Shown here piece by piece: positions 8,127 through 18,903 of a stretch of DNA of 64,000 nucleotides. The notes beneath the pieces are model-generated. The model did not search any database. It was not told the origin of the DNA and worked only from the letters and a program-made list of their open reading frames with translations. A program made the translations under genes and the position numbers. The stretch covers positions 41,429 through 105,428 of the forward strand of contig JBAXSG010000001.1 of assembly GCA_037130865.1 (NCBI GenBank), in the 5' to 3' direction. The DNA is from Candidatus Tayloriibacteriota bacterium (GTDB taxonomy: Bacteria > Patescibacteriota > Minisyncoccia > Phycocordibacterales > PALSA-1337). Within the stretch, counting starts at the first letter, position 1. Each line of letters begins with the position of its first letter.

Positions 8127-9359
8127 CTAGATAACATTCACAAGTGAATACATCGGTGAGATCATAGAGATAGCAAAGAAAGCAACAGCAGCACCTATAA
8201 AGACGATCAGGAATGGCTCAATAATCGTAGACATGTCCTTGGTCTTTTGTTCAACATCTTCTTCATAATAATGAGCCACACCTGATAGCATATCCGCAAC
8301 CTTACCAGTCTCTTCACCAACACTTAACATCTCTGCCAAGAAAACCGGATAAGTTTTCGTATTTTCAGAAAAAATCTTCGACATCGAGTCTCCTTTACTT
8401 ATGGCTGTACGAGCTTTTATCAAGACAGATCTGAAGTGGACGTTTTGCACAACAGATGCAGTTATCTCCAGAGAATCGACTACACCAACACCGGATTTCA
8501 TAAGCGAAGATAGAGTACGGGCGGTGCGAGCAGCATTGATCTCTTGGACCAGGGATCCTATAAGTGGTATTTTCAAAATCATCGCATGTACCACTGCCTT
8601 ACCAGATGCACGCTTCGACCATAGATATATAGTGCCGCCAACAATCACCAAGATTATAGCTACAAATAGGCCATGATAACGAATAGCGTCGCTGATATTC
8701 AGGAGAATTCTGGTCGAGATCGGTAAAGCTACATTCAAATCCAGGAAAGTCTTCATCAAGGTTGGTACCACGAATATAAACATGAGTACACCGACAATAA
8801 GCATCACTCCGATTATGACTGCTGGATACAACATAGCTCCGCGAATGCGTCTCTCCAATTCATAAGAGCTCTCTAGCTGCGCAGCCAATATATGTAGAGA
8901 CTCAGCCAGATTTCCTCCTTGTTCACCAGCATGAACCATCGATACAAAGAGTGGTGAAAATACTTTCGGATATGCTACCAATGCTTTTGCAAGAGTTTGC
9001 CCGCCATCAACACTGGTATTTATATCTACTAGGACCTTTTTCAAACTAGCATTTCTGGCCTCCTTGATGATTACCCCCAAAGCGCGTGAAAGTGGTAGTC
9101 CGGCTTCTAACATCGATCCCAAATTCCTGGCCATATTTATCTTTTCTATAGGTTTTACTCTGCCAGATAAGAAAGGTATGTTTATATTCAGTTTGAAGAA
9201 ATCAGCACCAAAGACAGAGTTCTTCTTTTCTTTTACAGAAATAACTTCAGTACCATCTTCGCGCAACATATGATAAAGATCATAACGATCTTTCGCTTCT
9301 TTCACAGAAGAATATACTTCGCCGCTAGATTTTTTGGCTTTGAAAATGAATTTGGACAT
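8127..9359 (-). CDS. pilC: type IV pilus inner-membrane platform protein PilC/GspF
   Basis: Two T2SSF repeats (MLEAGLPL, AGEQGGNL, AMLYP; VGEETGKV, IIEP). Confidence 0.93.
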   Translation of the reverse strand: MSKFIFKAKKSSGEVYSSVKEAKDRYDLYHMLREDGTEVISVKEKKNSVFGADFFKLNINIPFLSGRVKPIEKINMARNLGSMLEAGLPLSRALGVIIKEARNASLKKVLVDINTSVDGGQTLAKALVAYPKVFSPLFVSMVHAGEQGGNLAESLHILAAQLESSYELERRIRGAMLYPAVIIGVMLIVGVLMFIFVVPTLMKTFLDLNVALPISTRILLNISDAIRYHGLFVAIILVIVGGTIYLWSKRASGKAVVHAMILKIPLIGSLVQEINAARTARTLSSLMKSGVGVVDSLEITASVVQNVHFRSVLIKARTAISKGDSMSKIFSENTKTYPVFLAEMLSVGEETGKVADMLSGVAHYYEEDVEQKTKDMSTIIEPFLIVFIGAAVAFFAISMISPMYSLVNVI

Positions 9360-9360
9360 T

Positions 9361-11142
9361 TTATTCTGAAACTACACGAAAGACTTCTTCTATCGTCGTC
9401 AATCCTTGGACGCATTTGAATATTCCATCCTCGAGCATGGTAAGCATCCCCTCTTTTTTGGCTTGTGCCTCAATAACACCAGAAGTGGAATTCTTCATAA
9501 CCAAGTCTTTTATACTTGGAGTCATCTTCAAGACTTCATGAATTCCGACTCGACCCTTGAAGCCATCGTCTGCAGCAGTCGTGGCAGCAGCACCATCAGT
9601 AGTGCTAGAAGGTACGGCTTTGTATAGAGAAATGGTCTTCCACGAATCGTCTTTTTTGATTATATTCTCCTTTTTTAGAGCCTCTAGAACGCGTTCTGTA
9701 TCTACAGCTTTCATAAGTTGCGCCAATTGATCAGCCGAAAGTTTATATGCTTGCTTCGAGTCAGTGAGTTTTCTGACCAATCGTTGTCCTATGACTATGT
9801 CCAATGTTGACACCAATAAAAATGGTTCAACTTTCATATCAAGTAGTCTTGGAATAGCGCCTGCAGCGGAGTTTGTGTGCAAAGTAGAGAGAACTAAGTG
9901 ACCAGTCAAAGCTGCATTCACAGCCAAAGCGGCAGTTTCGTCGTCACGGATCTCACCAACCATAATAATATCCGGGTCTTGGCGTACTAGAGTACGGATA
10001 CCTTGAGCAAAAGAAAAACCTATCTCTGGACGGACTTGTGTCTGATTGACTCGAGGCAACTGATATTCTATAGGATCTTCAATGGTAGATATATTTACAT
10101 GTGGTGTATTCAATACATCGAGCATTGTATAGAGCGAAGTGGTCTTTCCGGAACCGGTCGGTCCTGTAGTAAGGATCATGCCTGTTGTGACATTGAGAGC
10201 GTGGTGAATACATTCCAGCGCTTCACCATGAAAATGCAAAGACTCCAGAGTAAAACCAGTGATACTTTCTCGAAGCAAGCGCATCACTATCTTTTCTCCA
10301 TAATATGTCGGCAATATAGAGACACGAAAAGCGACCTTTTCATTATTTAAATCTAGTTTGAAGCGACCGTCTTGTGGCAAACGCTTCTCATCCAACTTGA
10401 GTGCGGCCAAGACTTTTATACGTGCAGAAACTGATGGTCCAGCCTCTTTCGGTAAAACCATTGCGTCATGCAACATGCCATCTATTCGATATCTGACGAG
10501 GACTTGATCATCCATAGGCTCTATATGAATATCAGATGCGCCTTGTATAGCAGCGTGCTTGACCAAAGTGTCTACAATACGCACTACAGGCAAGTCTTCA
10601 GCGAGTTTCTTCAAATCTGTCTCCGAATCGGTGCTTCCGACACGACTTTTTGCCAAATCTTTCAGAGTAGCTGTATCCTTTTGCAAAATATCACCAAACT
10701 CTGCCTTCAAGCTCTTTTGGTATTGGACCAATGCTTCGCGCATAGAGTCCGTATCTGTGAGACGCGGTAAAATCTTTATATTTACTTTCTTTTTTATAAA
10801 ATCTATAGCCGACAAATCGTTCACATCCAACATAGCTACCTCAAGTCCAGCATCACTCTTCTTAAATGCTACGATATTGTGACCACGAGCAATCGGTTCT
10901 GGTATGAGAGACAGTATATCGAAGGGTATTTTTTCTCCTTTCAGGTCTACGAAAGAAATACCTATAACATAGGCTTGCATACGACGGAGATTGTCAGCTG
11001 TTATCCTGCCAGAAGATATCAGTACATCTCCAAGGCGTTTGCTGGAAGCTTCTGATTCTTTCTTGGCGTCGTCGAGATCAGTCTTGGATACAAGTCCTGA
11101 ATCAGAAATAAATTTATAGAGCTGGGCGTCTTCTGCGAACAT
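9361..11142 (-). CDS. pilB: type IV pilus assembly ATPase PilB/GspE
   Basis: ASDIHIEP, RLPQDGR, TGPTGSGKTT, RQDPDIIMVGEIRD, HLVLSTLHTN. Confidence 0.93.
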   Translation of the reverse strand: MFAEDAQLYKFISDSGLVSKTDLDDAKKESEASSKRLGDVLISSGRITADNLRRMQAYVIGISFVDLKGEKIPFDILSLIPEPIARGHNIVAFKKSDAGLEVAMLDVNDLSAIDFIKKKVNIKILPRLTDTDSMREALVQYQKSLKAEFGDILQKDTATLKDLAKSRVGSTDSETDLKKLAEDLPVVRIVDTLVKHAAIQGASDIHIEPMDDQVLVRYRIDGMLHDAMVLPKEAGPSVSARIKVLAALKLDEKRLPQDGRFKLDLNNEKVAFRVSILPTYYGEKIVMRLLRESITGFTLESLHFHGEALECIHHALNVTTGMILTTGPTGSGKTTSLYTMLDVLNTPHVNISTIEDPIEYQLPRVNQTQVRPEIGFSFAQGIRTLVRQDPDIIMVGEIRDDETAALAVNAALTGHLVLSTLHTNSAAGAIPRLLDMKVEPFLLVSTLDIVIGQRLVRKLTDSKQAYKLSADQLAQLMKAVDTERVLEALKKENIIKKDDSWKTISLYKAVPSSTTDGAAATTAADDGFKGRVGIHEVLKMTPSIKDLVMKNSTSGVIEAQAKKEGMLTMLEDGIFKCVQGLTTIEEVFRVVSE

Positions 11143-11163
11143 GGATATATTTTAACATAAAAA

Positions 11164-11203
11164 AAAGTACACAGCTCCACCCTTTCAAAGGAGCTATGTA
11201 CTT
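11164..11203 (-). terminator. hairpin terminator downstream of the 11227 gene
   Basis: AAAGTACACAGCTCC...GGAGCTATGTACTTT inverted repeat with a T-run on the minus strand. Confidence 0.6.
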
Positions 11204-11226
11204 TCCGGCGTGATGCCGAATGATTT

Positions 11227-11913
11227 TTAGTTTTTGCTGTTAGCGCTGCTAGCGACGGTTTTCTCCGGATTGTTTCGGAGATGTAGTATTCCACCGGGGA
11301 AACCACTCGTCCTAAGGACTTCCTGCAGGGGATAGTAGTCCACCTGAAGGCCCTTACCTTCTCTGCCGCTACGGCGATAGATCGTCACGATTGAGACTGG
11401 TGGACAATTGTGTTCGATTTGTCCATTCGTTACGAAGAAGTGGTGTTCTCCCTCATCGAAGTCTGCCAACTCCCCGCCCTTTTCGCTCTGACGATTCAAT
11501 CCCTGAAGACCTAACTCAATCTGAATCGGGCTGAATATCGCCTTAAGCTCTATAAGCTTTCCGGCGAACTTCATCAGAGCTTCCTCATAAGCTCGCCGAG
11601 AAAAGAGTTCAGACGATGCATCGAGACCCAACGCCAACGAGGCTTTGTACAGCAGATCTGGATCTTCGGCCTTGTTGACCATCTGACAAGTTGTCCAGAG
11701 GCCATCACCCGACGGCGGCACTATCTTGGCCATACCAGAAAAGAATTCCTGGTCGATCCTGAACATGGCTTGCTTCGCTGTGTTTTTGCTACAGAAGCAT
11801 GCCTCCGAGACTATAGATGGACATTGTTGAACCTGGATACCGGTCTCTATAAATTTCACCGGACCCGAACAACTCACTGTTGGTTGATTAGTCTGTTTAA
11901 CTTGAGCGACCAT
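11227..11913 (-). CDS. hypothetical protein, possibly a distant DGR-target-like fold
   Basis: ORF with probable start MVAQ behind GAGGAGG; C-terminal HFFV...VSIVTIYR...LQVDYYPL...LHLRN. Confidence 0.55.
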   Translation of the reverse strand: MVAQVKQTNQPTVSCSGPVKFIETGIQVQQCPSIVSEACFCSKNTAKQAMFRIDQEFFSGMAKIVPPSGDGLWTTCQMVNKAEDPDLLYKASLALGLDASSELFSRRAYEEALMKFAGKLIELKAIFSPIQIELGLQGLNRQSEKGGELADFDEGEHHFFVTNGQIEHNCPPVSIVTIYRRSGREGKGLQVDYYPLQEVLRTSGFPGGILHLRNNPEKTVASSANSKN

Positions 11914-11961
11914 TTTTCCTCCTCGTGGTATTGCCACTTTTGTTTATGTTAATGTTCACGA

Positions 11962-12402
11962 TTATGCGATAGAGTAAGGGATATCATATCCACCACCACT
12001 ACCGTTGCTGATGAAGATTCTCTGTGTCTTTGTGTCAATCTTCAACATGTTCAATGCCCTCGGTATACCACTGACAATGTCGCAGTGATATGAGGGTGGC
12101 AGTACAACACATACAAGACCTAGACTCTTAACACTCGCACGGAAACCATCATCGAAAGACGGTGCAATCACTACCTTGATACCGTAATTCTTGATCTGGC
12201 TCGCGGCGAATGCTCTACTTGGCCCTTGACCGAAACCATTCTCCACAACCATGATTACGGCCGGGGTAACTTGATATCTCTCATCGAGCTTATGGGGGTC
12301 TTTACCCAACCGCTCAAGTTTATCGGTACATACATCACCAGCGCTTATATTTTCGCCTGGCCAATGAAATGCCCTACCTTTAATGATCTGATTATCTGCC
12401 AC
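11962..12402 (-). CDS. LeuD/aconitase swivel-domain-like protein, divergent
   Basis: IIKGRAF, NGFGQGPSRAFA, YGIKVVIAPSF...GL pattern of isopropylmalate isomerase small subunit. Confidence 0.7.
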   Translation of the reverse strand: MADNQIIKGRAFHWPGENISAGDVCTDKLERLGKDPHKLDERYQVTPAVIMVVENGFGQGPSRAFAASQIKNYGIKVVIAPSFDDGFRASVKSLGLVCVVLPPSYHCDIVSGIPRALNMLKIDTKTQRIFISNGSGGGYDIPYSIA

Positions 12403-12647
12403 AAACCACCTCCTGTTGTTTCAATGTTTCACCACCTCATGATTCAGCATAAAATCTAGCGAATCTAATAGAACCATATAATAAAAAATGAAACCATGCA
12501 ATAGGCTTTACTTCCTTCATTACTTATGCTACATTACTTCCGTAATCAGTTCGCCCGACCGGCGGACTTATTTGTTAGAAGGGTGCCATCGGCGCCACAG
12601 TAAAATTTAATAAAAACTAAATAACAACGCGCATAAGCGCTAAATAC

Positions 12648-13901
12648 ATGGAAAACATATTTGATTTGAAAGTAATAAACGCAGTCGTAGCACAACTAGA
12701 AGAAGAGCGTGGTATTCCTAAAGAAAAGACTTGGGAGGCTATCGCTATGGCTATGGCTACTGCTTATAAAAAAGAGTATGGAAAGAAAGGTCAGATCGTC
12801 CGTGCTTCATTTGACCAAAATACCGGTGCAACCGAGTTCTGGCAAGTGAAAATAGTCGTCGATCGCAATCAAGTCATCATGGAAGGTGATGAGGATGCTA
12901 CTCATGAGGATATTAAGGACGCGGCTATTGAAGATATCAAGATCCGCTTCAATACAGAACAGCATATGCTTATTGAAGACGCTCGCAGGATCAAGAAAGA
13001 TGCTGTTATTGGTGATGAGCTAGTATTCCCTCTCGAAGCCAAGGCTGATTTCGGTCGCATTGCTGCACAAACAGCCAAGCAGATAATCATCCAAAAGATT
13101 CGTGAAGCAGAGAAGGTCTCAGTCATGAGTGAATATGGTCAAAAAGAAGGCGAGATCGTCGCTGGAACTGTCGAGCGTGTTGAACGCGGAATGGTTCACA
13201 TCGATATGGGTCGCGCTGTTGGTCTTATACCTTATGAAGAGCAGATTCCTAGCGAACGCTGGAAGACTGGCGATCGTATCCGTGCTTATCTCTACGCCGT
13301 GGAGGAAACTCCTCGTGGTATTGTCTTGAAACTTTCTCGTTCACATCCAAAATTCCTTGCAAAACTCTTTGAGACTGAAACTCCAGAGATTGCCAACGGC
13401 ACAGTCGAGATAAAGGCTATTGCTCGCGAAGCCGGTTCTCGTTCCAAGATTGCTGTCATCTCTCATGATCTACACATCGATCCTATCGGTTCAATGGTCG
13501 GCCAACGCGGTGTTCGTGTTTCTACTGTTACCAGCGAACTGTCCGGTGAAAAGATAGATATCGTCGAATGGAATGAGGATCCAGCTTTGTTCATAGAAGA
13601 GGCTCTATCCCCTGCAGAAGTGATCAGTCTTGAACTTGATGAGGTCGCACATCGTGCCATCATCACTGTTACAGAAGAGGAGCAATCTCTCGCTATTGGT
13701 AAAGGTGGTCAAAATGTCCGCCTAGCCGCAAAGCTCACTGGTTGGAAGATCGATATTAAATCTTCTGGCGGAAAAGAGGTCGCTGAAGCAGATGTTGACG
13801 AAATCGAAGCAGCCGTCGAAGACAGCAAGGAAGTGAAAGAAGAGATAAAGAAGGTGGAGGAGGAAATTGCTACTCCAGCCAAAGAAGAGAAGAAGAAATA
13901 A
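12648..13901 (+). CDS. nusA: transcription termination factor NusA
   Basis: FGRIAAQTAKQ, AREAGSRSKIAV, AIGKGGQNVRLAAKLTGWKIDI. Confidence 0.98.
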   Translation: MENIFDLKVINAVVAQLEEERGIPKEKTWEAIAMAMATAYKKEYGKKGQIVRASFDQNTGATEFWQVKIVVDRNQVIMEGDEDATHEDIKDAAIEDIKIRFNTEQHMLIEDARRIKKDAVIGDELVFPLEAKADFGRIAAQTAKQIIIQKIREAEKVSVMSEYGQKEGEIVAGTVERVERGMVHIDMGRAVGLIPYEEQIPSERWKTGDRIRAYLYAVEETPRGIVLKLSRSHPKFLAKLFETETPEIANGTVEIKAIAREAGSRSKIAVISHDLHIDPIGSMVGQRGVRVSTVTSELSGEKIDIVEWNEDPALFIEEALSPAEVISLELDEVAHRAIITVTEEEQSLAIGKGGQNVRLAAKLTGWKIDIKSSGGKEVAEADVDEIEAAVEDSKEVKEEIKKVEEEIATPAKEEKKK

Positions 13902-13913
13902 TTTCGCGAAAAA

Positions 13914-14758
13914 CTATTTCAATTGTTTGCGGCCGGTTCTACCGGCTGCTTTCAATTCTATTTTCACTTCACGGATATGCTTCTCTGGTTTTAGATTCTC
14001 TGGCATGGTACCGCCGAGGTCTTTTATTGCTTGACGGACTTTCTCGCCAACCTGTTGATGGGTTTTGCGTGCATCAAGATCACCTCTTACTTGTTCTCTT
14101 TTAAGTTTTGCTTCTGTTTGAGTGATTCTAAACCAATTTGCTCCCAATTCTTCCGAACCAGATCGATCCAATAGTTCGCCAGATCTAATATTTTTCTTCT
14201 CTTCGATTTGTGACAGCGGCATTCCATACAAACCCTTATATCCAGCATCATTGAATAGACCAAAATGTGAAACACCTGCCTGCTTGGCCGCACTGAATAA
14301 AAATCTATTTTTATCAGCCACATCACCTCTCATGTGAATCCTTTTCTCTTTATCAGATAAGTTCTGAAATATTTCTTGCCTGCGCGTTTGAATGGCAAAA
14401 TACGTCTGAGCTAAAGCGATCTGTGGTTTTGTTGGGTCACCGTTTTGTGCGATGAGATAACATGCATACCTATCTAATTTGAAGTCGTCAAGTTTTCTAA
14501 TCGTTCCGTGGCCTACTTGCGTCATATTGCTGATATCAGCAATATGATCGGCAAAATCCTGACCACTGCTAATACATGACTTTTTTGCCTTTTTAATAAC
14601 ATCTACAAAATTCCTCCACTGAACATAACCAAGCACTTGTGCAAGTTCCCTCGCCGTCCAATACTCCACACCATTTTCATCAAATTTCTTTATAGATTCA
14701 AAATCTTTACTTGGGCCGATAGGTTCAACAACTTCTAACGAATCATTTTTTGATTCAT
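13914..14758 (-). CDS. dinD: DNA-damage-inducible protein D (Bro-N/DinD); probable 5' frameshift
   Basis: EYWTARELAQVLGY, RYACYLIAQNGDP, AQTYFAIQTRRQE, GGTMPENL; ATG at 14758 is one base out of frame. Confidence 0.8.
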
Positions 14759-15004
14759 AATATTTTATTAGATTAAATTATTAATACTAAACCGAGAAAC
14801 AAAGTCTAGTCCAAATCACTAGAAATGGGGCTGATAGGCCGATGAAGTATGTCAATTATATCACCAGAAAAAGTTTTGCAATCTACCGTGCGTCAAGATT
14901 TTGTTTTGTAATGCAAAAAATATCTTTGTAGAGAAATTGTTCCATTCCTTATATAGATATATGCCTAATCTGTCTTGATCCTGCTTTCGTGATATACTGC
15001 TCTT

Positions 15005-15697
15005 ATGAAAAAATATCAATTCACAGGTGCTTTTCTAGCCCTATCTTTAATAGTTTCACCAATCCTAGTCTACGGACAAGTTCGTGAACAAAAGGACAAT
15101 CAAAGACCCAATCAAAGTGACAACGAAAATGCCAAGCCGATAATAATGCCTTACCGAGTAGGGACTTCCACTCCAAAAGTATTCAGTTCGACAACTCGTC
15201 AGGATATACAAGAAAATATCCGCCAACAGATCGATCAGAAGCGCAACGAAATTAACGATAACCGCAAAGAGCTTCGTGTCGATATATTCAAACTCCAACA
15301 GAACAATATCACGAGACAACTCGAGCGCTCTTTGGAAAACCTCAAGCAAGTGAGCTCTCGTATCAGTGCTCGTATAACAAAGGCTGAACAAAGCGGAAAA
15401 ACCATGACTTCAGCAAAAGCCTTGCTTGTTATAGCAGAAGAAAAAATGACTGCTGCTGAAACTGCGGTTGCTTTATTTGTAGCTTACAGTCCTACAGCAT
15501 CAAGTACTATCGCTTCTACAAGCACAGCTGCTACTTCCACAAATATTCAACTCGATAAACCTCGTCAGGTTGCTTCTACTGCAATAACAGCGATAAAGAG
15601 CGCCAAAGACGCATTGAATGCTGTTGTTGTTTCCATTGCACAAGACATGGGTATTAACCTTAGTGATAGTCCAATATCAAATACAGAAAATAAATAG
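15005..15697 (+). CDS. hypothetical secreted coiled-coil protein
   Basis: 230-aa ORF with signal-peptide-like N-terminus and heptad-rich core. Confidence 0.75.
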   Translation: MKKYQFTGAFLALSLIVSPILVYGQVREQKDNQRPNQSDNENAKPIIMPYRVGTSTPKVFSSTTRQDIQENIRQQIDQKRNEINDNRKELRVDIFKLQQNNITRQLERSLENLKQVSSRISARITKAEQSGKTMTSAKALLVIAEEKMTAAETAVALFVAYSPTASSTIASTSTAATSTNIQLDKPRQVASTAITAIKSAKDALNAVVVSIAQDMGINLSDSPISNTENK

Positions 15698-15721
15698 TTT
15701 AAAAGCATAAAATAAAGCAAT

Positions 15722-16009
15722 ATGGACACAAACAATCAAACAACCCAACCAACAGAACACAGAAAGATTGGACCAATCGTAGTAACTCTAGTGGTTGTAC
15801 TGGTACTAGTCATCGTAGCTCTATACATGTTTGCATCAAGAATAAGCCAGCAAGGTGCTCCAGATATGACCAAGTCCGATACTTCGACGGCTCCAGTAGT
15901 CCAACAACCTCAAACAGTACCAACTGTCACAAACACAGCAGACGATGTTCAATCATTGAAAGATGACCTCAATGCTTCTGTAAGTGGTCTAGATAGTCAG
16001 AATTTCTAA
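15722..16009 (+). CDS. hypothetical single-TM protein
   Basis: 95-aa ORF with one hydrophobic helix. Confidence 0.7.
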   Translation: MDTNNQTTQPTEHRKIGPIVVTLVVVLVLVIVALYMFASRISQQGAPDMTKSDTSTAPVVQQPQTVPTVTNTADDVQSLKDDLNASVSGLDSQNF

Positions 16010-16067
16010 TTTATAGATATATAGATATTTTCTTGCAGTTTTTTCATTATCCGTGTAAACTCACGAC

Positions 16068-17138
16068 ATGAAAAACTACACATCTGCTACTATTAATAAA
16101 GCTGGAAAATCCCAAATAGAAATTGTTGGATCTATTTCTGCTGAAGTTCTCGGCTCTTACCGTGCGAAGGCATTAAAAAATATAAATGATTCCATATCCA
16201 TAGACGGATTCCGCAAAGGCTTTGTACCTGAAAATATCCTAGTAGCCAAGGTTGGCGCCATGGCTATCTTGGAAGAGATGGCGGAGATGGCTATTTCCAA
16301 GGCTTATTTCGATATCATAGTCGATAACAAGATCGATGCTATCGGCAGGCCTGCAACACAGATCACTAAACTTGCAGAGAACAATCCTCTAGAGTTCAAA
16401 ATAACCACAGCTGTCATGCCAGAGATATCTCTACCGGATTACAAGAAGATCGCCGAAAAAGAAGTTAAAAAATCTGCCAAGGATAGTGACGAGCTCAAAG
16501 TAAATGACAAAGATATTGAAGAGGTTATTCTGCGTATCCGTAAATCCCACGCTTCTCACGAAGGTCATGATCATGAGAAAATGTCCCCAGAAGACCACGA
16601 GAAAGCGGTGATGGCTAACCTACCAGAACTAACAGATGATTTCGTGAAGAAATTGGGCGATTTCGCCGATGTTCCAGATTTCAAAGTGAAGCTATCTGCG
16701 ATGATTGCTGAACAGAAACAAAACGAAGCCAAGGATAAGCGTCGTATCCGTATCGCTGATGCAATAGCCGAGGAGACGAAAGTCGAGCTGCCAGATATCA
16801 TGGTGGAAAGCGAGCTTCATCGTACAGAATCACAATTCGCCGCCGATATAGAAAGGATGGGTGTCAAACTCGATGATTATCTGAAACATGCCAAGAAAAC
16901 TCTTGAGGATATGAAAAAGGAGTGGAGGCCTTATGCAGAAAAAAAGGCTAAGTTGCAGCTGATTCTAAACTCTATTTCAGCCGCCGAAGACATAAAGCCA
17001 GAACCGGAAGAGGTTGAAGAAGAAGTAGACCATATCGTCGAACACTATAAGGATGCAGATCGCGAGAGTGCGCGCACATATGCAGAGACCGTCCTCACAA
17101 ATGAGAAAGTGTTCCAGTGGTTAGAGAAGACGGAGTAG
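16068..17138 (+). CDS. tig: trigger factor (PPIase domain apparently reduced)
   Basis: IDGFRKGFVP ribosome-binding motif; 356 aa. Confidence 0.92.
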   Translation: MKNYTSATINKAGKSQIEIVGSISAEVLGSYRAKALKNINDSISIDGFRKGFVPENILVAKVGAMAILEEMAEMAISKAYFDIIVDNKIDAIGRPATQITKLAENNPLEFKITTAVMPEISLPDYKKIAEKEVKKSAKDSDELKVNDKDIEEVILRIRKSHASHEGHDHEKMSPEDHEKAVMANLPELTDDFVKKLGDFADVPDFKVKLSAMIAEQKQNEAKDKRRIRIADAIAEETKVELPDIMVESELHRTESQFAADIERMGVKLDDYLKHAKKTLEDMKKEWRPYAEKKAKLQLILNSISAAEDIKPEPEEVEEEVDHIVEHYKDADRESARTYAETVLTNEKVFQWLEKTE

Positions 17139-17164
17139 AAAAGGATGTGAAATTGAAAATAGAA

Positions 17165-17195
17165 AAAGGGTCGTCCACCACCGGACGGCCCTTTT
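17165..17195. terminator. intrinsic terminator between convergent genes
   Basis: AAAAGGGTCGTCC-accacc-GGACGGCCCTTTT. Confidence 0.75.
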
Positions 17196-17229
17196 CTGAT
17201 TTACCACGACAGCATTATTGTCATCGTGT

Positions 17230-17481
17230 TTATATTGCGTGAACAGCTGCCAGACTAAAGGCTGCTTTCATTGGGGATAGACCCAGAACAGAGGTCTTAC
17301 CACCACCAATAGTCGGTGCAAAAACTGTCCATGCAGATGGTCCGACGCGTCGAAGATTGACCTTCTCATTGCGAGCCGAGACCCAAAGCCGTAGCTTCGG
17401 ATCCCAGTAGAATGTCCTCTTGTGACGGCCTTGTCTAACCACGCAAACACCTTTCAATGGTGTATGAATGTCTTTATTCAT
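17230..17481 (-). CDS. small hypothetical protein
   Basis: ORF preceded by AAAGGGGTGA SD-like motif. Confidence 0.5.
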   Translation of the reverse strand: MNKDIHTPLKGVCVVRQGRHKRTFYWDPKLRLWVSARNEKVNLRRVGPSAWTVFAPTIGGGKTSVLGLSPMKAAFSLAAVHAI

Positions 17482-17586
17482 GGTCACCCCTTTCCATGGA
17501 ACAGACTATAGCATCCATACCGAAAAAGCTAGTCATTGAATGAGGTCACCTATTTCCGCACTCTGCTGGTAATTATGTGAAATCGC

Positions 17587-18315
17587 TTAATTAGAAAACA
17601 CAACCTTCGACAGGGCAACAATAACCGCTGTTTCAGCCCTTAGAACCTGGTTTCCTAAGCATTTAACAGCTATTTTGCTCTTGTGAAACAAGTCCACTTC
17701 ATCTGCAGACCACCCGCCTTCTGGACCTATGAAAACAAATGTTGGTGACTTAGTATCGATATCTGCATCAGTAAATAATTCTGCTTCAGTGTGGAAAGCT
17801 ACAGACTTCATATTTTCGGTACTATTTGCAAGAGAGATAGCTTGTTCAAGGTTGTTAATAGGCAAAATCGTTGGCACACTTCCACGACCACTCTGCTCAC
17901 TTGCTTCGACGGCGATCTTACGCAGACGCACTTCATTTAAAGATTTCTTCTCACTCCTCTCAGCCAAGACAGGTATTATGTGTGTGACACCGAGTTCGGT
18001 GGCTTTTTCAACAATCCATTCAAAAGTATCCTTCTTTGTAATAGCGGCGCACAAGTAAATATCACGCTTTGGCATATAGTGACTGCGTTCGGAAGAGACG
18101 ACTCGCAAATTTAGTGAATCTTTTTCTCCGCCAGCAATTTCACATTCAAAATCAAAACCAGATCCATCAAAAATGATGACCTTGTCGGCATTTTTCAGAC
18201 GGAATACTCGGCGTATCTGATTCGTAAGTTCAGCGGATTCAATAGAAAATTCTTTCTGAGCGCCTATCTTGCCGCCATTTATATTCTCAGTTAGAAAAAA
18301 TCTATGAAGCCTCAT
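17587..18315 (-). CDS. rsmE: 16S rRNA m3U1498 methyltransferase
   Basis: VEKATELGV, EASEQSGR, FIGPEGGWS, LGNQVLRAETA. Confidence 0.95.
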   Translation of the reverse strand: MRLHRFFLTENINGGKIGAQKEFSIESAELTNQIRRVFRLKNADKVIIFDGSGFDFECEIAGGEKDSLNLRVVSSERSHYMPKRDIYLCAAITKKDTFEWIVEKATELGVTHIIPVLAERSEKKSLNEVRLRKIAVEASEQSGRGSVPTILPINNLEQAISLANSTENMKSVAFHTEAELFTDADIDTKSPTFVFIGPEGGWSADEVDLFHKSKIAVKCLGNQVLRAETAVIVALSKVVFSN

Positions 18316-18903
18316 TTATTTCTTGCCAGACAAAACCTGATCGACGATACCGTACTTCTTGGCTTCATCGGCATCCATGAAGAAATCACGATCTACATCT
18401 TTCTCTATTCTACTTAGTGGTTGACTCGTATTTTTAGCCAAAATCTTATTTAAGAGACTTCTCATCTTGATTATATGCTTGGCACTTATCTCAATATCCG
18501 CCGCCTGACCTTCTGTGCCACCAATAGGTTGATGAATCATTACTTCGGCATTTGGTAAGATTTGACGCTTCCCTTTTGTACCACAAGACAATATCACCGC
18601 AGCCATAGAAGCAGCTAGACCGACACCGACCGTGGCGATGTCATTTTTTATATGCTGCATAGTGTCTATAATAGCCAAACCAGCATGGATAGAACCACCA
18701 GGAGAATTTATATACATACTAATCTCTTTCTTTGGGTCTTCGGATTGCAAGAATAGCAGTTGAGCGATAACTATATTTGCCATAGCGTCATCTATTGGAC
18801 CACCAAGAAAGACAACACCTTCTTTGAGTAGGCGTGAGTAGATATCATAAGCACGTTCGCCTTGTGGGCTTTTCTCTATAACTGTTGGGATGAGGTATGA
18901 CAT
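18316..18903 (-). CDS. clpP: ATP-dependent Clp protease proteolytic subunit
   Basis: [32 protein letters not shown]; start MSYLIP. Confidence 0.98.
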   Translation of the reverse strand: MSYLIPTVIEKSPQGERAYDIYSRLLKEGVVFLGGPIDDAMANIVIAQLLFLQSEDPKKEISMYINSPGGSIHAGLAIIDTMQHIKNDIATVGVGLAASMAAVILSCGTKGKRQILPNAEVMIHQPIGGTEGQAADIEISAKHIIKMRSLLNKILAKNTSQPLSRIEKDVDRDFFMDADEAKKYGIVDQVLSGKK

